NCBI GenBank assembly: GCA_964016885.1
Contig: CAXHJY010001374.1
Coordinates: forward strand, 1-64,000
Source of the DNA: Eledone cirrhosa
Lineage: Eukaryota
Reading direction: 5' to 3'
Length of the DNA stretch: 64,000 nucleotides
Shown: positions 46,570 to 64,000 of the stretch, piece after piece
How the letters are laid out: every line of letters begins with the position of its first letter
Position numbering within the stretch: position 1 is the first letter of the stretch
Position numbers and translations under genes: made by a program
The notes under the pieces: generated by a model
The model's input: only the letters and a program-made list of their open reading frames with translations
What the model was told of the DNA's origin: nothing
Database searches by the model: none

Positions 46570-46820
46570 GGAGTGAAGACATAAAACCATAAAGAAGAGC
46601 AACCAGAGATGGATTGGCAACACCTCAGAGACATGTCGATTATTAGATTGAGAGATCGGGCAACTAGACAATGGAAATGAAATAGAAAGCGGCCAAATGC
46701 AAGATATCATGATGATCTGCCCCGATATATCAAACCCACATGGTCCAATATGGCTAGAAATGAGAACCAGTAGAGGCCAACCAGGGAAGGGGGGGGGGGT
46801 TCCTCCAACAGGAGTGAGAA
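46570..46820 (+). mobile_element. Highly degenerate RTE-like LINE 3' fragment
   Basis: TIKKSNQRWIGN...RKRPNARYHDDL resembles the RTE C-terminal 'RW.GH...GRP..RW.DD' pattern. Confidence 0.35.
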
Positions 46821-47181
46821 TGCCCTGGAGGTTTGATTTTGGATAGCCGTATCGGAAGGCAATTTGTATTTACCATAAGAGTTCTGGTTTCAAACTAACC
46901 ATGTGATATTTTTATGGGTGTCGTCACGTCTGTTTCTTTGTAGAGCGTCATTTCTTGGACAGCTGTTATAGCGGTGTTCTATTGTCCAAAGTGTTGGCTA
47001 TTATTGATAACAGAAAATATGTAATTTTTCTGTAGTAGTAGTTTATGTTAGACATAAATGTTTCTATTTGCTGGATTTAAAGAATTGATCTCAAATGTGC
47101 GAACTATACTTAAATTTCCATTTTCCTGGGAAGATAAAAATAGTAGTCGTGCACTGGAGTTGATCTCACTCTCCCTGTCTG

Positions 47182-47218
<37 letters not shown>

Positions 47219-47254
47219 TAAAATAACAGATTAAAGTTTAAGCATTATTATTAT

Positions 47255-47399
<145 letters not shown>

Positions 47400-48094
47400 A
47401 TTCATCTACTTTTTCACCCACTATATTTCTCTCGTATTATATGTCTTTGGACTCTACCTGTAATTAAGGGATTCACATAATATGTCAGGCCGATTATTAC
47501 GTAGAGAGACGGTTGTTACGTGTATGTGTACATTTAGAGCACTGTACTATTTACACGTTAATAGCAGGATTAAGAGCTCAGATTTGAGAAATAATCGGAT
47601 GAGTAATACGCAAGTATTATTCATTAAATATATTGATACCGCATCAACAAGATACGAGACCTCATTCGCGTACCGAGTGAAGTGAAACTCGTTAGACCTG
47701 ACCAATGGAAACAATGTTTCTATTGGTCTTTCCAATTGTTGATTCTATCTAAAGACTAAATACTTGACAGAAGGAGCAACAGAAAAATAAAGTATCTTTC
47801 TCAAAGACAACATATTACACGGCGCAGGAATATAAGTCAACTCAACTTCTCAAGTGTGAATCCAACAATCTAACCACGAACATTCAGACATTCACATACA
47901 ATATATGAATGCATGGGGGAGTCAGAGACGTACCATATATATGTGGAGGATTCTTGGGGTTTATTTAAACCTGTCCATCAATTTTACAGGTCTGAATACA
48001 GCAAATTTGTTCCTGAGAAGGAAGAGAGAGAGAGAGTGATAGAGTAAGAGAATGGAAGAGAAAAGAGATATAGAGAAAGAACAGAACCCAGTAT

Positions 48095-48240
48095 AAGATT
48101 AGTACTTTTTGTATCGACTGTGAATGGATGAAAGTCAAAGTTGACCTCGTCCTAATTTATACTCAGGGAACAGAGAGTCTAAACGAATACCGCGAGCCAT
48201 TCTTCTGGCATTCTAACAAGTCTGCCAATAGGCCACCTGT
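48095..48240 (-). mobile_element. Diverged SINE copy
   Basis: ggatgaaagtcaaagttgacctcg core. Confidence 0.55.
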
Positions 48241-48438
48241 TCAATGTATATGGTATATTAGTTGTAGATTGCATCTCATATATATATATATGTATATATG
48301 AATATTGCAACTCATATATATATATATATCTCATATATATATGAGATTGCATCTCATATATATATATATATATATATATATGAATATATATATATATATA
48401 TATTCATACATATATATATTCATATATATATTTATATA

Positions 48439-48474
<36 letters not shown>

Positions 48475-48721
48475 TATATAAATATATATAGGAATATATA
48501 TATGTATGAATATATATATGTATGAATATATATATATATGAATATATATATATATGAATATATATATAGGCATATATATATATGTATATATATATATATA
48601 TGAATATATATATATATGAATATATATATACATATGAATATATATATGAATATATATATACATATGAATATATATATGAATATATATATATATGAATATA
48701 CATATATATGAATATATATAT

Positions 48722-49496
<775 letters not shown>

Positions 49497-49538
49497 TATA
49501 TATATGAATATATATATATCTATATGAATATATATATA

Positions 49539-49749
<211 letters not shown>

Positions 49750-49938
49750 TATATACATATATATATGAATATATATATTGTTATACTTGGGGAGGGTCAT
49801 ATTTGTGTAATATTGCCAGAATAAATAACAGAACACACTCACTGTTTGGTTGGTTTTCGCTTCTCGCTTCTGTGTCTTTTTTATCGGTAATCTAACTTAC
49901 TCGGTCCTCAATGTTGCCATTGACTGAGATATATATAT

Positions 49939-49971
<33 letters not shown>

Positions 49972-50016
49972 AATTATAGAAATTACATGAAACAAAGTTC
50001 TGTTTAAATCATTTAT

Positions 50017-50065
50017 TCGCTTACAATTGTTTCTTCCAAACCGAGGTTTGGTGTCTTCGGAGCAA
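50017..50065 (-). ncRNA. Hammerhead variant with CCGAAGA core, second copy
   Basis: Same family as 42573-42621. Confidence 0.7.
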
Positions 50066-50173
50066 TTTTTCAATGATTTTTTTATATACTTGACCTCTTT
50101 TCCAACACAAGAGACATATAGAAACATATGTATATATTGACGCACTGTGGGTTGACATCCATTATAATAAATC

Positions 50174-50295
50174 AGAGAGTTCAAATCCCGCTGAGGTTGA
50201 CTTTGGATTTCATCCTTACGGGGTCGATAAAATAAAGTACCAGTAATGCACTGGGTAATTGCTGGCCTTGTGCCTAAAGTAGAAACAATTATAAT
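50174..50295 (+). mobile_element. Partial SINE
   Basis: B box plus core of the 26677 family. Confidence 0.75.
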
Positions 50296-50899
50296 AATAT
50301 AGCATGGCAATTTACATACAAAGATTAAAGTCATATTAAAGGACAAAATTAAAGTTAAAATACAACATTGGCAGCTTACAAAGATAAAGCAAGAGGATAG
50401 TTTGAGGTAGTTAGTGTATGCAATATTTACACGTGGGGCATGCACGTGTGTCTAATGTATATAAGATTATAGTGCGGCAGGGTGTTATATGTAATACAAG
50501 CAGTTTAAGCGGGCAATCAAGAGTATTATGGGGGGGTTGTAATGTTAAAGTATTTTTATAGATATATATGTATGATATAGAAGCCTGCGTGTAGAGAAAT
50601 ATAAAAAATATTAAAAGTATTAAAAGTGAGAAGCATAACAATACACCACCATTTTCACAATCCAGGAAACGCAATTTATAGATTATATGTCCCTTACACA
50701 ATCCACGATGATTCAACATTGGATGCCTGATGAACCACGTTATAACAACACAGCTTGTTGTTCTCTAAATCAATTCTATAGAGCAGGTTGCTTTTTGTTG
50801 CGAGAAATTGACATCGTATTATTTTCCGGAAGTGTGTGTGTGATTAAGGGGTGTTAATGCGTAATTAACTAGCTGATTTCTATAACTAAATTTATTATC

Positions 50900-52180
50900 C
50901 TAATGTACACCTAGAGGTGGTGACGGGTTCAAGTCTGACATTGTTAATATTGGTTTTAAAGTTTTCGAAGGAGTTCGGAAGCGGTGCAGGCAAGACGCGA
51001 ACACTTCTGATTTTTTATTAAGGAGGTTATGGTTAGAGAAGATAATAGTATGGGTCTCTAGTAGACAGAGGTTACACAATTTATTAGGTGGTTTGTACGA
51101 TGTCGCGTTAGCTATCACTTCCCATTTAAATGTATATGATTTATTTTTAGTTTTTAGATAGTGTATGTAGCTAGATAGTGAAGTGGAGTTGCCTAGACTG
51201 TGTTTTTTGAAAGAGTGGAGGTGCGAATTGTATCTGGTCTTGAAGCAGTTTGAAGTAGAGCCTATATATGTTTCAGAAGAGTTGCTAGTTGTGACGGTGC
51301 ATGAGTATATGATATCCTTGATTAAGCATTTTTTATCTAAAGGGCAGGTTCTATTTGATCTACAGTTACAATTATTCTGGGTGTTAGTCTGCCGGTTATT
51401 ATGTTGTGTAGAAGTCTGGATGGTAGCTATAGGATTATGGTTATGGGGGTTGTCGTTCCCAGCGTTATTGCTTACACTAGTGGTATTACTATTATTTCTA
51501 TTGTTATTAGGGTTAGTTGATATAAGGTTATTTTGAAGGTTTATCGTCTGTTGTGATTTAGTTTGTTGGAAGTAAGAATTAATTTTTCTTCTATTGCTAC
51601 TAGCTATGTGGTATGCTATGTTAGGCGTAGTAGAGTAGGAGATTTTAATAGTGTTTTTGTTTAAAAGGCTATGGTACTTGTGGCCAGATGGGAAGTTTTT
51701 ATCTAGTAGTGAGAAGAAAGCCCTAGGTAGGTTGGTAGAGACGTTTAGATTGAAAGGAGGGTTGAAAATGTATTATTTCTTCTTCTATTTTTGTTTTTTA
51801 TGTCCGGTGAGTTGTTTCCTTTTATGGTACTATGGTAATTTCTGTGGTGTGTGTTACTTCTGTTGGCATCCTCCGTATTTGTGTGTGTGTGGTTGCGATT
51901 CTTATTACTAAATTTCCTCATGGACATGTTGTGCGAGATAATGTTGTAGCTATGTGTTTTTGTAGGTAGGAACTCGATCTCTATATTATGGCCTGATCTA
52001 GCTAATGCCTGATTATAATATTACGAGTTTTTGCTAAATATGTTTACGTCATAGGATAGATTAGAGATTCTATTGGATACTCCCTTAGAGATAGAGTTTA
52101 ATATTGACCTAGGGTGGTTAGACTTGGTATCTACGTAAATGAGTTTGTGTGTGAATGAAGTAATTCTGTTGGAAAAATCC
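50900..52180 (-). mobile_element. Penelope-like element fragment (GIY-YIG, CNC-type), disrupted
   Basis: SNHP, FNPPF, CNCRSNRTCPLDKKC, IIYSC..YIGSTSNCFKTRYNSH, CNLCLLE, CLHRF. Confidence 0.85.
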
Positions 52181-52249
52181 AGGAAAAAAGAGTGCTCTAT
52201 GTAGGTAACAGAGCTTAATAGTTATGTAATAATAAACATAAGGCAATTA

Positions 52250-52306
52250 TTTCATTTACCAGTGGTTTCTTAAAAGCAAAAACAAATTTCAATCATCAGA
52301 ATGAAA
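52250..52306 (-). ncRNA. Type I hammerhead ribozyme
   Basis: tttcatt-CUGAUGA-ttgaaa..ttttaa-GAAACC-acu-GGUA^-aatgaaa. Homologue at 61219-61282; 3' half at ~31385. Confidence 0.82.
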
Positions 52307-53312
52307 AACAATCATCAGAATGAAAAAAACCTAGTGTATTTATTGGCGTTAGATTTTAAGATCAAAAATATAATCTATATGAAAGTGAGGCTGGAAAAGG
52401 AAGAAGGAAAGGAAAAATAAAAACACACATGCAAAGACAAACACACACACACAAATATATACATACACATATATATATATACATAGACACATACTTACAT
52501 ACACACATACACACACACACATATATATGTGTACATATATCCATACACATACATATACACATGCATACACACATAAATACCAACATATCCATACATACAC
52601 ATACATACACATACACAAAAGTGCATACACAAACACACACACACACAGATATACATGCATATATATATATATATACATAAACATACATATACATACATAC
52701 ACACAGATACATATATATACACACACACATATATATATATATATACATACCCATACATATACACACATATATACATACACATACATACATACACACAATC
52801 ATACGTATATACACACGTACATACGTACACATACATACACACATATATACATGTATACATACGCATGCACAAATATAAAAATATATACACACACCTACAT
52901 ACTCACACACCCAAATAAATATAAGAAAAAATAGTGTTGAACAAAAAGGTGACGTGGTTGCCTTAACACTGTACGGCATAAACTCAGGCTGTCAGTTTGT
53001 TTACAAACGGACAAAACGGGCGTTATAATAAACGTCCGCTAAACTGATACGTACATATATGTATGTGTACCTGTATGTATATATATATATATATATATAA
53101 ATTAATATGTAAGTGATGAAACACAGATACCAACACATCTGTATATATATTGCAAAAGAAAAATTTAACCAGATTGAAGTATACTAATTATTATACTACA
53201 GTTTGTCCATATCGATTTAAAATAATAAATCAACGGTGACGAACTGTATTGGCAAGAGGCCGTGATGTTTAGACACATTTAAATTTCAAAATCAAACCTG
53301 TTCCGTAGATAA

Positions 53313-53388
53313 GTTTAGACTTTAAGATCCAAATATGTTTCGAGTTAAATAAGTGTAGGAATATCATGTCCCGCACTCCTCAGTAAAC
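53313..53388 (-). ncRNA. Type I hammerhead (CUGAGGA core)
   Basis: gttta-CUGAGGA-gagt..actc-GAAAC..GUC^-taaac. Confidence 0.65.
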
Positions 53389-53569
53389 ATCCAGAGACAA
53401 ATTGATATGCTTCACTTCTAAATGAATTAAAAGACTGCAAACCGTCTCATATAATAGACTGTTATTTCTAGCAGTACGGTTATGAGACTAGTTAGATACT
53501 GTAAAGCCATGTGCGTCACGCAATCTTTTAATTCATTTAGAAGTGAAGCATATCAATTTGTCTCTGGAT

Positions 53570-53645
53570 GTTTACTGAGGAGAGCGGGACATGATATTCC
53601 TACACTTATTTAACTCGAAACATATTTGGATCTTAAAGTCTAAAC
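53570..53645 (+). ncRNA. Type I hammerhead (CUGAGGA core)
   Basis: Inverted copy of 53313-53388. Confidence 0.65.
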
Positions 53646-53952
53646 TTATCTACGGAACAGGTTTGATTTTGAAATTTAAATGTGTCTAAACATCACGGCT
53701 TTTGCCAATACAGTTCGCCTCCGTTGATTTATTATTTTAAATCGATATGGACAAACTGTAGTATAATAATTAGTATACTTCAATCTGGCTAAATTTTTCT
53801 TTTGCAATATATATACAGATGTGTTGGTATCTGTGTTTCATCACTTACATATTAATTTATACACTGCTCAGGGGACATTTTTCCTCATTCGAGCTGATTC
53901 CATTGTAAAAGAATTAATTACCTTATTAATTATATATATATATATATATATA

Positions 53953-54375
53953 TGCATGCTACTGTACGTCTGTATACATATATGTATGTACGTATACATA
54001 CATACTTACATTTAAGTAAGTGCCGTACTAAGAGTGAGAAATGAAATTTCGTTTTCATTTTATTACAACTTATCGTTTTCGGTGCGCCTGGCCGACTGAA
54101 CTCACTCGATATGCAAATTAGGCTGCTAAGCCGTTAATTTTCATAATGAAAGTATATACATTCGAACGTTCAACCATCTGGCAGAAGGGTATACGGTGCT
54201 GATGATAGCTAACAAGTACATCGTTCCTGTGTCAGTGTTGAACAAAAAGGTGACGTGGTTGACTTAAACACCGTACGGCATGAATTCAGGCTGTCAGTTT
54301 GTTTACAAACGGACAAAGCGGGCGTTATAATAAACGCCCGCTAAACTGATACGTGCATATATGTATGTGTACCTG

Positions 54376-54380
<5 letters not shown>
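53953..54380 (+). mobile_element. Full monomer of the ~430-bp family; HHR at 54193-54224 has an 11-nt deletion removing GAAAC
   Basis: acggtg-CUGAUGA-tagctaacaag|tacatcgt. Flanked by (TA)n. Confidence 0.8.
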
Positions 54381-58476
<4,096 letters not shown>

Positions 58477-58479
58477 CGG

Positions 58480-58900
<421 letters not shown>

Positions 58901-59360
58901 TATATATATATATATATATAAAGGTGCACAAAGAATTGTTCTTTGTGTACCACTGAAAAATTTAGGATTTTGCAAATCTTAAAAGCCACTTCAACTTGCC
59001 TGAACTCAAAGTCCGAGATCTTCAGATGTTGTCCTCACCTGAAATCACATCTGATCTGTAACTGGATTGACATTCCTACGATAACTCAACCACCTTGAAC
59101 TTCTTCTCTGCTCTCTACGCCTTACATCAACTACGGTTTTTTTACCTTTTGAATTCACTTTCTATAATTTTATATTCTTTTTCTCCCTTATCTCCCCTTA
59201 TATTTAAACTTTTTCCTATGTTATTTATTTTCCTTATTTTCCCCACTACTTTCTACCTTACCCTTCACATACCCACCTTTTTTTATTTTTTGATATTTAT
59301 TTCTGAGTGTGTGTGTGTTGCGTATATGTATGCGTATATGTATATATATGAATATATATG

Positions 59361-59428
<68 letters not shown>

Positions 59429-59622
59429 GATAAATCTACCAAGAGTTTACGGTAGTGTCCAATTCGTATGAAGAACTCAATGTATTCCGGATATCATGGA
59501 AAGAAGAGATGTAATGAAAAATCACTTTCGGTGAAAGATAAACGGTATACAGAGTCAAGATAAAATATTAAACAAATAATGAATAAAACAATGAAACAGT
59601 TCCTTATATTAAACAAAAAAAG

Positions 59623-59777
59623 TTCATTATTTAACGATCGTTTCTAGGATATATATGTGTTATAATTGGCATGCATATTCAACAGATCTATGTACAAAAT
59701 TATACAAAATTATACAAACTATCAAGATTAAATATACATACCAAACACACATATATGCCGTCTTCAGAAATAATGAA
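59623..59777 (-). ncRNA. Type I hammerhead with a very long (~110 nt) stem II
   Basis: ttcattattt-CUGAAGA-[atatatgtgt/acacatatat; ttggtatgtatatt/aatatgcatgccaa]-GAAAC-gauc-GUU^-aaataatgaa. Stem I is a perfect 10 bp. Confidence 0.78.
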
Positions 59778-60223
59778 ATATATTTATTGATAATAACAAC
59801 AATTCAAAATTTCATGTCCGTTTGGGAACGGAGTTCAAAATTGACCAATGAAAATACAAAAGGTTTTAGGCAGTTTGGTGTGTGTATATACATGTAACTA
59901 ACCCCGTACACATATTTATAAAAAGATATATGCTCAACATGCATACGCATGCCAAAAAGATGCATGCAAATACAAAATTTCAAGGCTAATGTCTCTGTAA
60001 GTTTATAATCCACAGATAAAATGCGTATAGACACATAAATATGAAATAAGTGTATACACATATTCTCATACTCACACATATCCGTACACTCACACACACG
60101 CGCGCGTATATGCATAAACATACACATAATTACGAACATACATACATATATATATATATAAACATACATACACACACATATATATATAAACACATATATA
60201 TATAAACATACATACACACACAT

Positions 60224-60313
<90 letters not shown>

Positions 60314-60621
60314 TTATATGTGTGTGTATGTATGTTTATATTCATCTGTATGTATATGTATGTGTGACTATAATTGTATTTTATATGGTTCTGTTATATT
60401 TGTGTGTGTGTGTATTTTTATATAATGCTTTTGTGTGTATATATACAATAGCCGCAGAAACGGCTATTTATTTATTATTTGTCGTATTCCCAACTTTTTA
60501 TTTTTATTTTTATATATACAACATTTAGGTTTTTTTATATATTTAATATTTATGTTTTTCTTATATATATATGTGTGTGTGTGTATGTATGTATTTGTGT
60601 GTATATGTATATGTGTGTGTA

Positions 60622-60698
<77 letters not shown>

Positions 60699-60706
60699 TT
60701 ATATGT

Positions 60707-60740
<34 letters not shown>

Positions 60741-61218
60741 ATGTAAGAGTTGAACAAGGTTCATATGAATACATCTAAGAATGTTTATGTATTTGTATGT
60801 ATGTGTTTGTGATATGTATGTATGTATGTGTATGTGTGTATAGATATATATATATATATGTACATATGTATATATATGTATGTATGTATATGTGTATGTG
60901 CATGTATGTGTATATGTATATGTATGTGTATGTGTATGTGTGAGTGTGTGTATGTATTTATGTTTATGTTTGTATGTGTATGTACTATTGTGTGTATTGC
61001 TTACCAAGTGTGTTTGTTCATTTAATTGTTTACTGTATCGCTGTCAACACTATAATCATTTTTAAATTCATTTGTATTCTTATGTGACGGTATTTTTATT
61101 ATAATTGCGTGTGTATGTGTGTGTTTATTTTTCCTTTCCTTCTTGCTTTTCCAGCCTCACTTTCATATAGATTATATTTTTGTTTTTAAAATCCAATGTC
61201 AATAAATACACCAGGATT

Positions 61219-61282
61219 TTTCATTCTCATGAGTGAAAGCAAAATTATTTGTTTGCTTTTAAGAAACCACTGGTAAAGGAAA
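61219..61282 (+). ncRNA. Hammerhead with mutated core (CUCAUGA)
   Basis: Homologue of 52250-52306. Stem II aaagcaaa/tttgcttt. Confidence 0.6.
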
Positions 61283-61382
61283 TAATTGCCTTATGTTGTT
61301 TATTACTTAACTATTAAGCTCTGTTACCTACATAGAGCACTCTATTTTCCAGGACCTTTCCGATATATATATATATATATAT

Positions 61383-61885
61383 ATGTAGATAAATCTACCA
61401 AAAATTTACGGTAGTGTCCAATCCGCATGAAGAACTCAATGTAATCCGGATATCATGAAAAGAGAAGATACATTCAAATACTATTTTCGGTGAAAATTAA
61501 CGGAAACCAGAGTCAAGATAAATTAATAAAGTAATGAATAAACAAAGAAACAGTTCCTTATATTAAAATAATTCATCATTTTACGAACGTTTCTAGGATA
61601 TATATGTGTTAGTGTTGGTATGCATATTCTATAGATCTATGTAAAATATTTATACAAACTATCAGAGGGAACATACATACCTACACATATATATGCTGTC
61701 TTCAGAAGACAGCATATATATATGTGTAGGTATGTATATCCCTCTGATAGTTTGAATAAATATTTTACATAGATCTATAGAATATGCATACCAACACTAA
61801 CACATATATATCCTAGAAACGATCGTAAAATGATGACATTTTTTAATATAAGGAACTGTTTCTTTATTTATTCATTTCTTTATTA
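61383..61885. repeat. Copy of the 59.4-59.8 kb family folded into a ~360-bp palindrome (61524-61885)
   Basis: Centre gctgtcttc-a-gaagacagc at 61704. Confidence 0.9.
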
Positions 61886-61908
61886 GTATATATATATATA
61901 TATATATG

Positions 61909-61980
<72 letters not shown>

Positions 61981-62001
61981 TATATATATATATATATATG
62001 A

Positions 62002-62070
<69 letters not shown>

Positions 62071-62595
62071 TGAATATATATATATGAATATATATATATA
62101 TGAATATATATATAAAAAACATGAGAAGAAAGAAGAATACTGCGTGGTTGAACATGGGTTACATATGATAAAAATAGTCCTTCGTCAGTGATTTTCCAAC
62201 CATCATTGGTATTTCATCGCATTAAAAATCATATACCTCAGGTTGGTGCTAGCAATAACTAAACACAGTTATTGGGACCAGTAATTCGCGTAAAGCGAGG
62301 GGCAAGTAAATAACATAGTAGGATAAAAGCAAACCGAAGATAGGAAAATAAACAAGCAACATGGTTGTCCGGTCAGCATAACCTGGGTGGATTTCATGAG
62401 CGAGAGAGGTACAGACCGTCCGATGTGTGTGAGATGTTAGCAAGAAGAGACCCACTACAAGCCAAACGGGAGGAAGTGAGAAGGGGAGAAACAGTGTGTG
62501 AGTGGAAGTGTGAGGAAGAGGTCAGTCGAGAGAAAGTGTAACTGACAGAGGGGGCGAAAGAAGATGAGAGAAACAGAGAGAGCGGTGAAGCAGTA

Positions 62596-62866
62596 AGAGA
62601 GAAACAGACAAACGCAGCCGAGGTAAATATATATAAAAAACATGAGATGACAGAAGCATACTGCGTGGTTGCACATGGGTTACATATGATAAAAATAGTC
62701 CTTCGTCAGTGATTTTTAATGCGATGAAACACCAATGATGGTCGGAATATCACTGACGAAGGACTGGTTTTATCATATGTAACCCATGTGCAACCACGCA
62801 GTATTGTTCTTTCTTCTCATGTTTTTTACATATATTTACCTTGGCTGCGTTTGTCTGTTTCTCTCT
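62596..62866. repeat. ~270-bp palindrome; a third arm copy lies at 62110-62230
   Basis: 62596-62715 is the reverse complement of ~62747-62866. The spacer is the inverted loop of the tgatttt..aaaatca hairpin at 62189-62231. Confidence 0.85.
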
Positions 62867-62914
62867 ATGTATATATATGAATATATATATATATGAAAAT
62901 ATATATATATATGA

Positions 62915-63021
<107 letters not shown>

Positions 63022-63865
63022 CATATATTCTCTTATCGTATGGTATTCAAACATGGTCTGGACGAATTGACTGCAAAAACAAACAAAATACTGTCCGAAT
63101 AACTTCTCCCGCAGAAACGATTCTGTTAACTGATAACATGTTTGATATTCCCTGATATCATAGTTTAAATTACAGGCTGCCAATGTACAGTGTTTAGAAT
63201 ATATGGTCACTGCCTCCACATCCGTTATTTTATAGGTTTTCTAGCTTTCATTCATATCTAACAATGATATCCTACTGTTCTCCTGACATAATATATTTTA
63301 CAATGCCGCCATATTTGTTACAGCAAACAACGCTACCAGTCATTCGCCTTTATAGTTCAGTGAACCAATACATTTATTACACACAAAATTTCACCACCAA
63401 CCCTAACACTATTTCCGCATTCTTCAATCTCTGCAGTAGTTCAAATAAAGTGATGGGATCAATAACAATGGTGTGTCTACATTATTTATATATTTATATA
63501 TTTATTTATTTATCTGTATGTTTGTTTATTTTTATCAGTGGTCATTCATAGTTTGTTTGCAGTAGATTATAAAATGAATATTTAAAGAGTATTGATAGAT
63601 GGGGAGTCCAGTATATACAGATTGATGTGTCATGTTTGTATAACAACATATATTAATCCTTTTTTATTGGGGTATATAACTAAGCTATATAACATTCCAT
63701 CGACTTATTAGTCATCATATATACCGAATCGTTTGGTATCACGAACTTGGTGTGAGTAGGAACTTATTTGTTTTTTCGATGACTTTCTCTCACTCTCTCT
63801 CTCTGTCTGTCCCCCTCTTTCTCTATCTCTCTCTCTGTGTCCCCCCCCCCGTCTCTCTTTCTCTC

Positions 63866-63917
<52 letters not shown>

Positions 63918-64000
63918 CCCGTACCTCATGTACCCTACCAATGCTTTCTGTGAAGACACATGATTCAGTATTTAGGATTGTTTGACTCAGCAGATAGTAA

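Larger units (their letters stand above)
53097..53861. repeat. ~765-bp palindrome (~340-bp arms, ~80-bp spacer) with one hammerhead per arm
   Basis: 53097-53438 is a near-perfect reverse complement of 53520-53861. Confidence 0.92.

Noticed and set aside
62175-62250. CUGACGA, CUGAGGU and GAAA motifs in the 62-kb family
   Set aside because: No canonical three-stem hammerhead could be assembled, so it is kept only as a palindrome.

Overview
AT-rich animal genomic DNA, probably a cephalopod such as an octopus (inferred from the SINE family and the repeat landscape, not proven). No host protein-coding gene can be supported. A large part of the window is (TA)n-derived microsatellite, which produces the many spurious 'YIYI' ORFs. 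The rest is mostly retroelement debris. It includes a frameshifted Tx1/L1-clade LINE (~60-5440), a CR1-like LINE (35.3-37.9 kb), RTE and CRE/RLE fragments, tRNA-derived SINEs and two Helitron-like non-autonomous elements. It also holds an intron-containing tRNA-Tyr pseudogene and at least five Penelope-like (GIY-YIG) element copies or fragments. The main signal is a high density of type I hammerhead ribozyme (HHR) motifs read by eye: about 25 intact, mutated or half copies from about a dozen sequence families. Many sit in head-to-head palindromes whose ribozyme strands read outward into (TA)n tracts, and several symmetry centres fall on pre-existing hairpins or on the HHR itself. One palindrome is built from 310-bp tandem retrozyme-like monomers. 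One head-to-head junction has captured a 28S rRNA fragment. Together these suggest a Penelope/retrozyme system coupled to TA microsatellites. All folds and alignments were done by eye and coordinates are approximate.
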